Origin: Rikenellaceae bacterium | GTDB lineage: Bacteria; Bacteroidota; Bacteroidia; Bacteroidales; Rikenellaceae | Assembly (NCBI GenBank): GCA_044433705.1 | Contig: JAWXTG010000007.1 | Location: forward strand, 1,707-65,706 | DNA: 64,000 nt | Direction of reading: 5' to 3' | In this document: piece after piece, positions 1 to 9,979 of the stretch | Position numbering within the stretch: position 1 is the stretch's first letter | How the letters are laid out: each line of letters starts with the position of its first letter | The notes under the pieces: model-generated | Databases searched by the model: none | Told to the model about the DNA's origin: nothing | The model's input: only the letters and a program-made list of their open reading frames with translations | Program-made: the position numbers and the translations under genes

Positions 1-44
1 TGATTTTTATCGCTCTATTCATAGTAGTAATTATAACCATATAT

Positions 45-500
45 ATGTCATACAGAAAAATTATTGAATGTAATATCAACACATCGGCCCCCATCGTGGA
101 GGAGTCTCCCGCCGCCGATGATATTGTTGATGCATCAGTGGTTCTCAGCAGCGAGACCATGATGAGCCTCGAAAAACAGCTCCAACGATGGGTGAAGCAA
201 AAGGGGTTTCTGCTAGGAAATGTCACCATGAACGATGTAGCCAAAGCTACATACACCAACCGCACATACCTCTCGAAGTATGTCAACACAACATACAAAT
301 GCTCATTCAAAACCTGGATTACTCAGATGCGAATGGAAGAGGCAAAAAAGTTGATGCAACAACGACCAGATCTGTCAGTGTCAGATATATCTAAGCTGAC
401 AGGTTTCGCCTCAGTCGAATCATTCTCTCATGTATTCACCCGAATAGAAAATATCTCACCTTTGAAATGGCGAGACCGCTGCCGCTGTGATGAGCCTTAA
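45..500 (+). CDS. AraC-family helix-turn-helix transcriptional regulator (DNA-binding domain only)
   Basis: TNRTYLSKYVN...F..WI..MRMEEAKKLM...SVSDISKLTGFASVESFSHVF is the AraC double-HTH pattern. Confidence 0.85.
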   Translation: MSYRKIIECNINTSAPIVEESPAADDIVDASVVLSSETMMSLEKQLQRWVKQKGFLLGNVTMNDVAKATYTNRTYLSKYVNTTYKCSFKTWITQMRMEEAKKLMQQRPDLSVSDISKLTGFASVESFSHVFTRIENISPLKWRDRCRCDEP

Positions 501-609
501 ATAGCTTTATTTCAGTGTGTTTACTACTGAATTCTAAGACAAATCCAAATAAAAAGTGAATTATTTTTCATTTTTACAAAAAAAGCGCATTGAACATATG
601 GCGTACTGA

Positions 610-1587
610 CTTTCCCTAGAAAAGGTTGTCACTTTAGGTTCCCTTTTGGAGTTTGCTTTAGAGAGCTTGACTTCTTTTGGTGTCGGCAGAATCCGCTCTA
701 TGTATATCTATCCATTCTCGTTCGAAGAGTTTTTGGGAGCTTGTAAAGAGGAAGCTCTATGGAATGCAATTAGCAAAGCCTCAGCGGAGAGACCACTATT
801 AGAGCCTATTCACCGCAAGGCACTCTCATTGCTAAAGAAGTTTTTTGTATTAGGTGGTATGCCAGAGGTTATTTCAGCATATACCGAAGGTGCTCAAATG
901 CTGGAGTGTCTCAGGATTATGGATGACTTAATCATTTCATACAGAGATGATTTCTCTAAGTATAATAAGCGTGTTCCTGAATCCCGAATATCAGAGGTGT
1001 TCGATTCTGTTGTGATGAACTCTGGTAAACCTTTCATTTATACAGGGGCAGCCAACGCCAATACACGACAGATAAAAGAGGCGTTAGAGTTGTTAATCAA
1101 GGCAGGTTTGGTTATCCCTGCTACACATTCATCGGCTAATGGTATTCCACTTGGGGCAGAGGTGAACCCTAAAAAGCGTAAGATGCTGCTTTTCGACACT
1201 GGTCTATTCCAAAGGATGTTAGGGTTAGACTTGTCCGAATTGATTCTTTCCGATGATCTCGAAGTTGTAAACAAGGGTGCAATCGCTGAAATCTTTGTAG
1301 GCTTGGAGTTGCAAAAGAGCAATTCGCCATACTCAAAAGAGGAGCTATATTTCTGGAAACGTGAGGTAAAGAACAGCAATGCTGAAGTCGACTATGTGTT
1401 TCAGCAAGGGGAAGAGATTATACCTTTAGAGGTCAAAGCAGGAACACGAGGCTCAATGCAGAGTATGCACCTATTCATCAGCGAGAAATACTCTGAGTTT
1501 GGCGTAAGATGCTCCTCTGAGAATTTTAGCAGCTTTGATAAAATCAAAGTAATTCCCCTTTACGCAGCGGGCACGATTACTAAATAA
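610..1587 (+). pseudogene. 5'-truncated AAA+ ATPase / DUF4143-type protein
   Basis: Frame opens mid-domain (VVTLGSLLEFAL...VGRI..MY.YPFSFEEFL) after a TGA at 607-609. GGMPE, DTGL and EVD...PLEVKAG are present but the N-terminal Walker A/B region is absent. Confidence 0.7.
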
Positions 1588-1693
1588 TACAACACAATGG
1601 TTATCAGTATAATACCAAACAATGCTATCGAATGAATTTTTCCAAATTGACTTTTCCAGTAATTTTCCAACGCAGAATGTAACTTGCTGATAA

Positions 1694-2221
1694 TCAGACG
1701 CAGACTACTTTCTCGATTGGGAAGTACATCAACACACCCTCGATGGTGAAGATGAATTTTGCCGAGGGGTGGTCTTTACGTAGTTTGTCGAGCTATTCGC
1801 TATCCAAAATAGACTCTGAGAGGTAGATGTTATTCTTGGGTGCAGGGATTAGCTCCGCTCGAATCTGCATCACTTTTGGTAGGTCTACATCGTAAAATGT
1901 AGCACTACTTGGGGTATCGCCGCAAACTCTTTGGCAACGAGTGTCTAATCCGCAACCTATATTTACAACTACCACATCTTTATGCGAAGTGATAAATCGT
2001 CGCACTGCATCATCGAAGTATTGACCTCTGATTACACAACCTACGGCACTCTTTATTGAGTTGTCGAAGAGCGTGTAATCATACTCGATGCTATCCACGA
2101 GTTTCTGAGCCATAGGGTCTTTTAGGATTGGATCTGTGCGCTGATTCTCTATCGCACGCATATATAGCGGAATCAAGAGTGTCTCCGCAACAATATTATC
2201 GAATTGATATTTCTTGCTCAT
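1694..2221 (-). pseudogene. SAM-dependent methyltransferase (leucine carboxyl methyltransferase/TcmP-like), nonsense mutation and 3' truncation
   Basis: ETLLIPLYMRA and VVNIGCGLDTR motifs. A TAG at 1793-1795 sits where Trp is expected. The frame continues LDKLRKDHPSAKFIFTIEGVLMYFPIEKV, then ends near 1700. Confidence 0.8.
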
Positions 2222-2223
2222 AA

Positions 2224-3969
2224 TTATTTGATTTTCCAGTTATTACTCTGAGTTTGAAGGGCTACCATACGGGCATAGTCGCCATTCTTTTGGGTGATTA
2301 GGGTTGCGTGCGTGCCACTTTGCGCTACCTTGCCCTCTTTGAGCAGGATTATCTTGTCGGCTCCTGCTATGGTGCGCATACGGTGAGCAACTACTATCAC
2401 CGTTTTGTTCTTGGTTAGGCGTGCTATTGCCTCTTGGAGCTGAGTTTCACTCATTACATCAAGTGCAGAGGTTGCCTCATCGAGTAGTACTACTGGGGCA
2501 TCTTTTAGTAAGGCTCTGGCAATAGATAATCTTTGACGCTCTCCGCCTGATATTCTTGCTCCATTCTCACCAATCATCGTGTTGTAGCCCTCTGCCATCT
2601 CGCTTATGAATCCATCTGCATTGGCTGCACGTGCTGCCTCGATTACCTCCTCATCGGTGGCATCCTTGCGACCTATGCGGATATTCTCCATCACGGTATT
2701 GTTGAAAAGTGTAACATCTTGGAATACGATTGAGTAGTATTTCAGCAAACTTTCTGGTGCAATGGTCGATATATCCTCACCACCCAAGGTGATTGTGCCT
2801 TTTTGAGTATCCCAAAAGCGTGCTGCCAACTTTACTGCAGTTGATTTCCCTCCACCCGAAGGACCAACCAAAGCTGTTACCTCGCCCTGTTTTGCGGTGA
2901 ACGATACGCCACTGATTACTGGTTTTGAGCTATCGTAACCGAACTCTATATCTTTGAACTCTATATCGAAGTTTTTAATTTCAACCTCCTCTCGACCACT
3001 CTGCGTTGGAGTTTTCTCAATCTCGCCCATTCGCTCGATGCTGAGAAGTGATGCAAATGTTGCAGCGAGATTAACTAACGTTCTGCTAAGTGGGTCGTAG
3101 ATGCGTGTAGCTACCAAATAGAGTATAAATGTGAGCATCGAAATTTCGCCAACTGATAATAGATATAATCCCACAACCACTGCCGAGATGATACCTAACT
3201 TCAAGATAGATTGAGACGAAATGACAAATATTCCGACACCAATTTCTCCTGCCATAAGCGATTTCTCTTGCTCGGCATATCGCTCCTTTAGGATTTGTAG
3301 ATGACCCTCCTCACGAGAGTTTGCCTTGATGTCACGGATATTCTCGACAAACTCCTGCACCTTGTCGGCACTTGCCAAAATATCCTGCTTGCTACGTCTA
3401 TTAACTTTATCTTGTTGACGTTTTGAGAAGTAACATATCGAGAGCGACACTGGCACGACCCACACAACCGCCAAGCCCATCTTCCAATCATAGATAATCA
3501 TTCCCACCGAGACAACGACAGTCGAGATAGACGAACCAATGAGCTGAGGCACAAAGTGTGAAAGTGCTGTCTCCATCATCGCAACATCGCTCATCATCGT
3601 TGTGGTGAGGTCAGTGAGGTCTTTGCGACCAAAGAATGAGAGGGGCAATTCTCTGAGATGTTCAGCCAAAGAGAGCCTCTTGGTTGAGCTTTCGGTATAG
3701 CTACGCAAGTAGTGTGCATCGTATGCTATGCGGTAGAATATAAACATAATGACCATTAGAGCAAGGGCAAACACACCATATAGTGTGTATCTTAATATAG
3801 GTGTGGAACCTTCGAGAGTAGGTAGCAGCGTATCCTCTAAATAAAAATATAGCAGCGCAGCACTTGCCAAAATTGCCAAGTCGCACATCACGCTCCACAG
3901 AATCGCTTTCATCAAGTCCTTAGCTCCTCTGTCGCTAAGGGATAGTAGGTTTTGAAGATATTTTTTCAT
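2224..3969 (-). CDS. ABC transporter fused permease/ATPase, subunit 2 (YbtQ/IrtB-like)
   Basis: TM domain plus GPSGGGKST, ISGGERQR, LLDEAT, AHR. Confidence 0.9.
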   Translation of the reverse strand: MKKYLQNLLSLSDRGAKDLMKAILWSVMCDLAILASAALLYFYLEDTLLPTLEGSTPILRYTLYGVFALALMVIMFIFYRIAYDAHYLRSYTESSTKRLSLAEHLRELPLSFFGRKDLTDLTTTMMSDVAMMETALSHFVPQLIGSSISTVVVSVGMIIYDWKMGLAVVWVVPVSLSICYFSKRQQDKVNRRSKQDILASADKVQEFVENIRDIKANSREEGHLQILKERYAEQEKSLMAGEIGVGIFVISSQSILKLGIISAVVVGLYLLSVGEISMLTFILYLVATRIYDPLSRTLVNLAATFASLLSIERMGEIEKTPTQSGREEVEIKNFDIEFKDIEFGYDSSKPVISGVSFTAKQGEVTALVGPSGGGKSTAVKLAARFWDTQKGTITLGGEDISTIAPESLLKYYSIVFQDVTLFNNTVMENIRIGRKDATDEEVIEAARAANADGFISEMAEGYNTMIGENGARISGGERQRLSIARALLKDAPVVLLDEATSALDVMSETQLQEAIARLTKNKTVIVVAHRMRTIAGADKIILLKEGKVAQSGTHATLITQKNGDYARMVALQTQSNNWKIK

Positions 3970-3971
3970 TG

Positions 3972-5753
3972 TTATTCTCTATTAGTGTTCCACGAAAATA
4001 TTGTTTGGTACTCTGCCCACATTTTGGCATATAAGCCTTTGGCTACAAGTAGTTGGGCGTGTGACCCTTGCTCTGCAATTTCGCCCTTCTCAACAACATA
4101 GATTTTATCTACATCCTGAATAGTTGAAAGACTATGAGCCACAATCACAACGGTTTTACCCTTAGATAGTTCGGAAAGAGCCTGCTGGATCTGATACTCA
4201 TTTTCGGGGTCGGTGAATGCCGTTGCCTCGTCGAGTAAGATGATAGGTGCCTCTTTGAGGATTGCACGAGCTATGGCTATGCGTTGCGCCTCACCTCCTG
4301 AGAAGAATACGCCATCTTTACCTGCGACGGTGTGGATTCCATTGGGTAGTCTCTCTATAATCTCATTACATCGAGCTGCGTTGAGTGCCTTCAAAACCTC
4401 CGCTTCGGTTGCGTCGGGGCGACTCTCACGAACGTTATCCAAAATTGAGGATTTGTAGAGGTTGGTGTTTTGGAATACGAATGAGATATTCTGCATTAAC
4501 TCCTTCTCTGCAATATCCTTAACATCGACTCCACCAATCGAAACAACACCCTCGCCAGCATCCCAGAAGCGAGCCATAAGGGCTGCGATAGTCGATTTTC
4601 CACCTCCCGATGTGCCGACAAGAGCTACAGTTTGACCCTCTTCGACCTCGATTGAAACACCCTTTAGAGCAGGTGATTTTGCATTTGGGTAGGTGAATGA
4701 CACCCCCGACAGTTGAATGTTGCGTTGAAGTGGGAATCGCTCCTCCTTGCCCCTCGCAAGAGGCTTTTCGGCAAGCAGCGCATCTATGCCATCCATCGCA
4801 TTTTCAGCATTTCCAACATCTTGACTCGTCCACATTATGCGCATCAACATAACCGAGAGCATCGGAGTGATAAAGATATAGAAGACAAAATCTAAGATAA
4901 AGGCTTTCGGGTCAATATTCCCACCAAAGAGCCATACGCCACCACCAATTAAGAAGATGGTGATACTTCCCATAAAGGTTTGGAATAGCCCCATACGGGT
5001 GCGAAACCAAAGGGTGTACTCAATTACATAATCACGATAATCAATAATAGTCTGGTGGAATCGCTTAAACGAAAATATGCTCTGACCAAAGGTCTTTACC
5101 ACAGGAATACCCCTTACATACTCCACCGCCTCGCTATTCATCGCTGCGAGCGACTCTTCGTATTTTATGAGTGATGCTTTGTAATATTTACTTCCCATTG
5201 CTGAGGCTTGGCACGCAAAGGCGAGAAAGGCAGGAATGAAGCAGATAAGTCCCAACCTCCAATTCACAGCAAAGACAAGCACGATAACAGCAATTGGCGT
5301 TATATAAGCACCCACAAGGTCGGGCAGTTGGTGTGCCAAAAAGGTCTCGGTGCGAGAGGCACTATCATTGACCGTGCGACGCAGACGACCGCTGGCATTT
5401 GCCGAGAAATAACCCAACGGCAACTTCATAAGGTGCGACATCGCTGCCACTCGAATATTGGTGGCAATGCGGAATGCTGACTTGTGGGTGCATAGCAGAG
5501 CTACGATATAAATAAGTATAGACCCAATAGCAGTCGCAACAGCCATCGTAGCGAAGCGAAGGGCATCACTATCGCCACTAATGGCAGGATATGAGGTGAA
5601 CAGCTCTCTGACGCAGAGCCAAATAAAGACGAAGGGGAGTAGCCCTACAACGGCACTCACACCTGATAGCACCATTCCAATGATAGTGTAGTGCTTAATG
5701 CCTGCACCATAATGGAATAGCCTACTCAAAATAGATGGTTTCTTCTCTTTCAT
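3972..5753 (-). CDS. ABC transporter fused permease/ATPase, subunit 1 (YbtP/IrtA-like)
   Basis: TM domain with AVEYVRGIPVVKTFG, then GTSGGGKST, FSGGEAQR, LLDEATAFTDPENE. Confidence 0.9.
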   Translation of the reverse strand: MKEKKPSILSRLFHYGAGIKHYTIIGMVLSGVSAVVGLLPFVFIWLCVRELFTSYPAISGDSDALRFATMAVATAIGSILIYIVALLCTHKSAFRIATNIRVAAMSHLMKLPLGYFSANASGRLRRTVNDSASRTETFLAHQLPDLVGAYITPIAVIVLVFAVNWRLGLICFIPAFLAFACQASAMGSKYYKASLIKYEESLAAMNSEAVEYVRGIPVVKTFGQSIFSFKRFHQTIIDYRDYVIEYTLWFRTRMGLFQTFMGSITIFLIGGGVWLFGGNIDPKAFILDFVFYIFITPMLSVMLMRIMWTSQDVGNAENAMDGIDALLAEKPLARGKEERFPLQRNIQLSGVSFTYPNAKSPALKGVSIEVEEGQTVALVGTSGGGKSTIAALMARFWDAGEGVVSIGGVDVKDIAEKELMQNISFVFQNTNLYKSSILDNVRESRPDATEAEVLKALNAARCNEIIERLPNGIHTVAGKDGVFFSGGEAQRIAIARAILKEAPIILLDEATAFTDPENEYQIQQALSELSKGKTVVIVAHSLSTIQDVDKIYVVEKGEIAEQGSHAQLLVAKGLYAKMWAEYQTIFSWNTNRE

Positions 5754-5806
5754 AGATATTTATTATTTAAATTTATAATCCTCATAAACGAACAAAATTA
5801 ATAATA

Positions 5807-5814
5807 CAAAGGTA
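5807..5814 (-). promoter_or_regulatory. Bacteroidota -7 promoter element (TACCTTTG)
   Basis: Matches TAnnTTTG, ~55 bp upstream of the ABC transporter start. Confidence 0.55.
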
Positions 5815-5894
5815 TTTCATTTGTCAAATAGTGTCAATCGCAAATAGTAGGTATTTATATGCTTGGTAGCCACGTGGATATGTATGATAAACGC

Positions 5895-5956
5895 ATAAAA
5901 AACAAATTGAGCCGTAGCTACAACCTTCGATTAAATGGTTGCTTGCTGCGGCTCAA
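5895..5956 (-). terminator. Probable intrinsic terminator of the TonB/lipoprotein operon
   Basis: TTGAGCCGTAGC (5907-5918) pairs with GCTGCGGCTCAA (5945-5956), followed by a T-rich run on the minus strand. Confidence 0.6.
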
Positions 5957-6001
5957 CTTTTATCTCCTCTCTGGAGATGTGGTTAAAAGAGGCTGGGTTA
6001 T

Positions 6002-6547
6002 CTACTCCTCGTGGTCGTGCTCCTCGGCATCGGCTGTGATTGCGATGCTGCGTGCAACGTAGCTCTCATTGCCCGATGTGTCGTAGCAGTAGATCATAAG
6101 GTGGTAGTCGCCATAGGCGGCAGTTTCGGGAATCTCGACGTGGATGTGTTGGTGTGAGTTTCTAAGGCCAGAGACGTCATTGTCAATCACCCCCTCACTG
6201 AGAAGCTCCTCCGATGTCTTGTTATAGTAGAAGGCATTCTCGGTGTCGGTGTTGTAGTTCTCGTCCGTGTCGTGATCGTGGTCTGCATCGCTATCGTCAT
6301 CCGAATCTGTGTCGTGACTATGTCCATCAAAGGCATTATGTACATTGATCTTGAATGATGCAAGAGCGGTATCATCGCTTAGATCCATCTCCACACAGAT
6401 CTCAGAACCTGGCAAGAACTCCTCGCCATCTTCAGGCTCCGAAAGCTCGATTACTGGTTTTGTTGTGTCGCCATCCTTATCGCACGAAACGAATGTAGAT
6501 GTCGAAATTAGTAGCGTTGCTACTGCAAAAATTGTTGTTATTTTCAT
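6002..6547 (-). CDS. His/Asp-rich lipoprotein (DUF4625-like), probable metal-binding partner of the TonB receptor
   Basis: Lipobox FVSC; DTTKPVI, KINVHNAFDGHSH, H..IP...GDYHLMI..D..GNE. Confidence 0.75.
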   Translation of the reverse strand: MKITTIFAVATLLISTSTFVSCDKDGDTTKPVIELSEPEDGEEFLPGSEICVEMDLSDDTALASFKINVHNAFDGHSHDTDSDDDSDADHDHDTDENYNTDTENAFYYNKTSEELLSEGVIDNDVSGLRNSHQHIHVEIPETAAYGDYHLMIYCYDTSGNESYVARSIAITADAEEHDHEE

Positions 6548-6550
6548 AAT

Positions 6551-8701
6551 TTAATTGATTTTAAATGGTATTTTAATTGATAATTGAAAATTTCGTCCTG
6601 GTTCAGGAATCTCCACATAGCGATAGTAGCTTAGATGGTTTAAGTATTTAGTATCAAAGATATTATCTACCGAGGCAACCATGGTAACTCCATCGGATAT
6701 GAAGGGCAGTGAAACGACTGCACGAAAACCAAAGAGGTTAGCTCCTGGCGTGGGGTCTTCATTGCGACCGACATTGTTTTGATCCGCCACCATTTTCCAC
6801 TCTGCCGAGAGGGTGAACGCTCCTTTGTTCCAAGAGATCTCATTGCGCATAGTCGTTGGTGGCGTGAATGTTATAGATATGCGTTCATCTATATTGCACG
6901 AATAGGTGTACTCAACGCTCGCTTTGTATTGCCACTGCTTTGATAGGTTGACGGAGAGTGCTGCCTCGCCACCTGCAAAGAGAGCCTCGCACTGTGTGTA
7001 GCGATATATCTGCCCTGCATGGGGCAAGACAGACCACTCTAAAGTTGGTTGCAGATAGATATATGAAGCGTACCAACTTACGTATGGCGAGAGCGAAAAC
7101 GAGATTCTATCGGAAGAATATTCATACCCCAAATCTGCCTGCCAACCCCTCTCCGAGTCAAGTGTAGGATCTCCTTGTTCGTGCCTAAAGGAGCTGTGGT
7201 GCACACCATTGGCGACAAGTTCGTTGGCGTTGGGTAGTCTGAAGCTACGTCCGATATTTGCCCTAAGTGTATTTTGAGAGTTTACGCTCCACACACCACC
7301 CAACGAGAGGGAGTAATCGCCAAAATTTCGATCGAGGTTGTAACTTCTCATCTCATTCTCCTCTACCGCACTCTCATCATAGCCTTGAGAGAGTAGATAA
7401 TCAGCAAGGTACTCATCTTGATACTCCTCGACAGATATATTTCCAAAGTCGTAGCGAACGCCACCGCTTAGGCGAAATGCGTCACTGACCTCAAAATCTG
7501 CAACATACGCAACGCCTGTTGTAAATCTTCGATAGGCTGGAATCAAAAATGAGTAACCCCCTATTTGGTTATCTTGATATGCCGCACTCCACGCCACCTC
7601 GCTGCTTAATCTTTGCGAATGGTCGATGTGCAACTTCGTATCAGAGCTGAAGTTTTGCAGGGCGAGGAGTATCTCCAAATCGGGGTCTACTTCGGGCGCT
7701 GTCTGTGTCGAGTAGTGGGTGTGAAATTCACTCATCTCCTCTCGGTGGTTGTTCTGGTAGCCCAAGTCCCAACTTGCCCAGCCTCCGCTCCACCAATATT
7801 TGTTGAGTGATGAGACTTTGAGGTGGTTTACGGTACTATATGGCAAATCTACATCTCGCAAGTCGCCATCGTCATAGACCCTCGATGGATCGGGAACTCC
7901 GTGTGCACCAGGGTAGAATCCAGCTTTTTGGTAGGCGTTGCTCAGTGATATGGCGGATGAAAAGTTTGAACCACCATATCTCGCATAGAGTGATGAAGAT
8001 CGCTCATATCCAGCCGTGTTATTTACTCTCCCATCTGTCAGGGGCATAATCTGAGTTAGATATACCACATGGTCGGTCGGCACCGCAAAGTCGGCAAAGT
8101 GCTGTTCTGAGTGGCGAGCCTTAACAAGCCAACGCCCCTTTTTTAGCCCCATCATAAGCGAGCCTCCAAGCAGACCATTGACCGATCGACCAATAAGATC
8201 GACCTCCCCAAACAGACCATCAGAAGTCGGTAGCGCAGGTTGAAGAATCTCCACAACACCACCCATAGCATCGCTACCAAACAATAGCGACGATGAGCCC
8301 TTGCGGATGTTAACCCTCTCAACATTAAAGGCATCAATCTCCAAGCCGTGGTCTGCTCCCCACTGCTGTCCCTCCTGTTTTACGCCTCCCTCGACAACGC
8401 TCACACGATTGAAGCCCATCCCTCGTATCATAGGTTTCGAGAAGCCCGAACCTACGCTCATTGACTGCACTCCAGGAATATACTCTAAACTCTGCATCAC
8501 ATTGCCCGAGAAGTGTCTTACGATATCCTCTCTATCGACTATTGCAATCGAGAGAGGGTTTATTCGCTGTTCTTGACGCTGAATATTACCAGTTACGACA
8601 ACCTCGTCGATATCTCTTTGAATCAGAGTATCAGCACTTTGCGCCATAGAGAGCGTAGAGATATAAAGCACCACTACGCACAAAATAAATTTTAAACGCA
8701 T
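6551..8701 (-). CDS. TonB-dependent outer membrane receptor (probable metal uptake)
   Basis: DEVVVTG TonB-box-like segment, plug motif KPMIRG...EGQQWGADHG...GSDAMGGV, C-terminal EPGRNF. Confidence 0.92.
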   Translation of the reverse strand: MRLKFILCVVVLYISTLSMAQSADTLIQRDIDEVVVTGNIQRQEQRINPLSIAIVDREDIVRHFSGNVMQSLEYIPGVQSMSVGSGFSKPMIRGMGFNRVSVVEGGVKQEGQQWGADHGLEIDAFNVERVNIRKGSSSLLFGSDAMGGVVEILQPALPTSDGLFGEVDLIGRSVNGLLGGSLMMGLKKGRWLVKARHSEQHFADFAVPTDHVVYLTQIMPLTDGRVNNTAGYERSSSLYARYGGSNFSSAISLSNAYQKAGFYPGAHGVPDPSRVYDDGDLRDVDLPYSTVNHLKVSSLNKYWWSGGWASWDLGYQNNHREEMSEFHTHYSTQTAPEVDPDLEILLALQNFSSDTKLHIDHSQRLSSEVAWSAAYQDNQIGGYSFLIPAYRRFTTGVAYVADFEVSDAFRLSGGVRYDFGNISVEEYQDEYLADYLLSQGYDESAVEENEMRSYNLDRNFGDYSLSLGGVWSVNSQNTLRANIGRSFRLPNANELVANGVHHSSFRHEQGDPTLDSERGWQADLGYEYSSDRISFSLSPYVSWYASYIYLQPTLEWSVLPHAGQIYRYTQCEALFAGGEAALSVNLSKQWQYKASVEYTYSCNIDERISITFTPPTTMRNEISWNKGAFTLSAEWKMVADQNNVGRNEDPTPGANLFGFRAVVSLPFISDGVTMVASVDNIFDTKYLNHLSYYRYVEIPEPGRNFQLSIKIPFKIN

Positions 8702-8729
8702 ATCTATAATATAATGTATAACACGATAA

Positions 8730-8755
8730 GTCTATCCTTTAATTTAAGGGTAGAC
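8730..8755 (-). promoter_or_regulatory. Hairpin between leader ORF and TonB receptor (possible attenuator)
   Basis: GTCTACCCTT-AAATTA-AAGGATAGAC on the minus strand, 9 of 10 positions paired. Confidence 0.4.
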
Positions 8756-8770
8756 ACATAGTAATAACTA

Positions 8771-9097
8771 TTAAATTATAGAGTATGGGGGCGCACGAGA
8801 GGTGCGAGCTATGATGTTTGTGTTGATATTTTTGGGTGCGTACCCAACTAAAAGCGTTGAAATTAAGCAGACGATGAAAGTTATTACAACGCTATCTACG
8901 ATATTAAAAAGTGACAATTCAAAATTGCATATCTTGCAATCGTGATGATTATGCTCCTCACCGCCACAATGATCCGATGAGCATTCGCAATCGTGAGTAG
9001 AGTAAATATATGTATGCACAGCAATACCTATCAGCAATGTAGTCATTACCGATATCATAAGTAGCGAAACTAATCTGATTATTCTCCTCCTATTCAA
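8771..9097 (-). CDS. Putative metal-sensing leader/arrest peptide (CxxC + His cluster + C-terminal RAPP; DUF2946/CruR-like)
   Basis: Hydrophobic N-terminus, HDCECSSDHC..EEHNHHDCKIC, C-terminal RTSRAPP; lies directly upstream of the TonB receptor. Confidence 0.7.
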   Translation of the reverse strand: MNRRRIIRLVSLLMISVMTTLLIGIAVHTYIYSTHDCECSSDHCGGEEHNHHDCKICNFELSLFNIVDSVVITFIVCLISTLLVGYAPKNINTNIIARTSRAPPYSII

Positions 9098-9130
9098 TTT
9101 GCTTTACTCCTTGCAGTTTTTTATTCGCCA

Positions 9131-9138
9131 CAAATATA
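9131..9138 (-). promoter_or_regulatory. -7 promoter element (TATATTTG) for leader/TonB operon
   Basis: TAnnTTTG 34 bp upstream of the leader start. Confidence 0.55.
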
Positions 9139-9164
9139 GTACAAATTTCGTTACATTGTATCGT

Positions 9165-9623
9165 CTACTCTCTCATTTTGTCTGTAATATCAACCATCTC
9201 GCCTCGCTCAATACGATATAGTCGCTGATTGGTCGAGGGTGAGTCCAATCCACCCCAAGCACTCTGATAGCTACCTATCTTAATGTAGTCAAAGTTTGCT
9301 GTGTCTACTTCTGCCGAGAGGCAGTCTCGACCAGAGTACCAACCAACTTTTATTGCAGGGTAATTGTCCTTTACAAACTTCGCTAATCGAGAGACCTCTG
9401 CAGGCTCACGATCGCCACCCATAAAGGAGATGCAACTTATCATATCGTTGCGAGTAATCAACTCTTTAATCGACTCCTCTGAAAGCTCCTTGCCAATATC
9501 ATCAGCTAAGTAAGGTGAGTGGCAACCCTCACAAGCGCAAGGGCAGCCACTGATATTCACAGCTAAGGTAATCTCATCGGGAATCTCCCGAAAGACCACC
9601 TTTGTGTCGGTGTACTTTAGCAT
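9165..9623 (-). CDS. nrdG: Anaerobic ribonucleotide reductase activating enzyme
   Basis: Radical SAM motif SGCPCACEGCHS, EIPDEITLAVNI, STNQRLY; overlaps the nrdD stop. Confidence 0.9.
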   Translation of the reverse strand: MLKYTDTKVVFREIPDEITLAVNISGCPCACEGCHSPYLADDIGKELSEESIKELITRNDMISCISFMGGDREPAEVSRLAKFVKDNYPAIKVGWYSGRDCLSAEVDTANFDYIKIGSYQSAWGGLDSPSTNQRLYRIERGEMVDITDKMRE

Positions 9624-9979
9624 TGCGGTTTGTTGTAGATGCGTTTTGCAGCCTCCACTCGTCGTCCCTTGCTAAAACCCTTCACAGGGCGCAAGTAGCC
9701 GATAATTCGAGTCCACCAAGTAATATCTTCGCCACCACATTTAGGACACTTCTTAATAGGCGATTTAGTGATATAACCACACTTGTCGCAGCTACTATTC
9801 GGGATATTGAATGTAAAGTATGACGTTCCCTCCTTGATGGCAATATCCAATACTTTAAGATACTGCTCTTTAGATAGATGCTCCTCTAAGTTAGCGTGAA
9901 GTGCAACACCACCATCAAGCGTATCGGTGTAGTGACGACCGTGTAGGCGCATCTGGTCGAGCAGTGAGATCGTTGAATC
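9617..9979 (-). pseudogene. nrdD: C-terminal remnant of class III (anaerobic) ribonucleotide reductase, cut by IS
   Basis: DGGVALHANLEEHLS, CDKCG...CPKCG Zn site and TRIIGYL glycyl-radical motif; the frame runs into the IS end at 9980. Confidence 0.88.

Noticed and set aside
1793-1795. In-frame TAG suggesting stop-codon recoding
   Set aside because: TAG terminates many intact genes here (nrdG, mreB, rodA, rbfA) and the gene is also truncated; a TGG-to-TAG nonsense mutation is simpler
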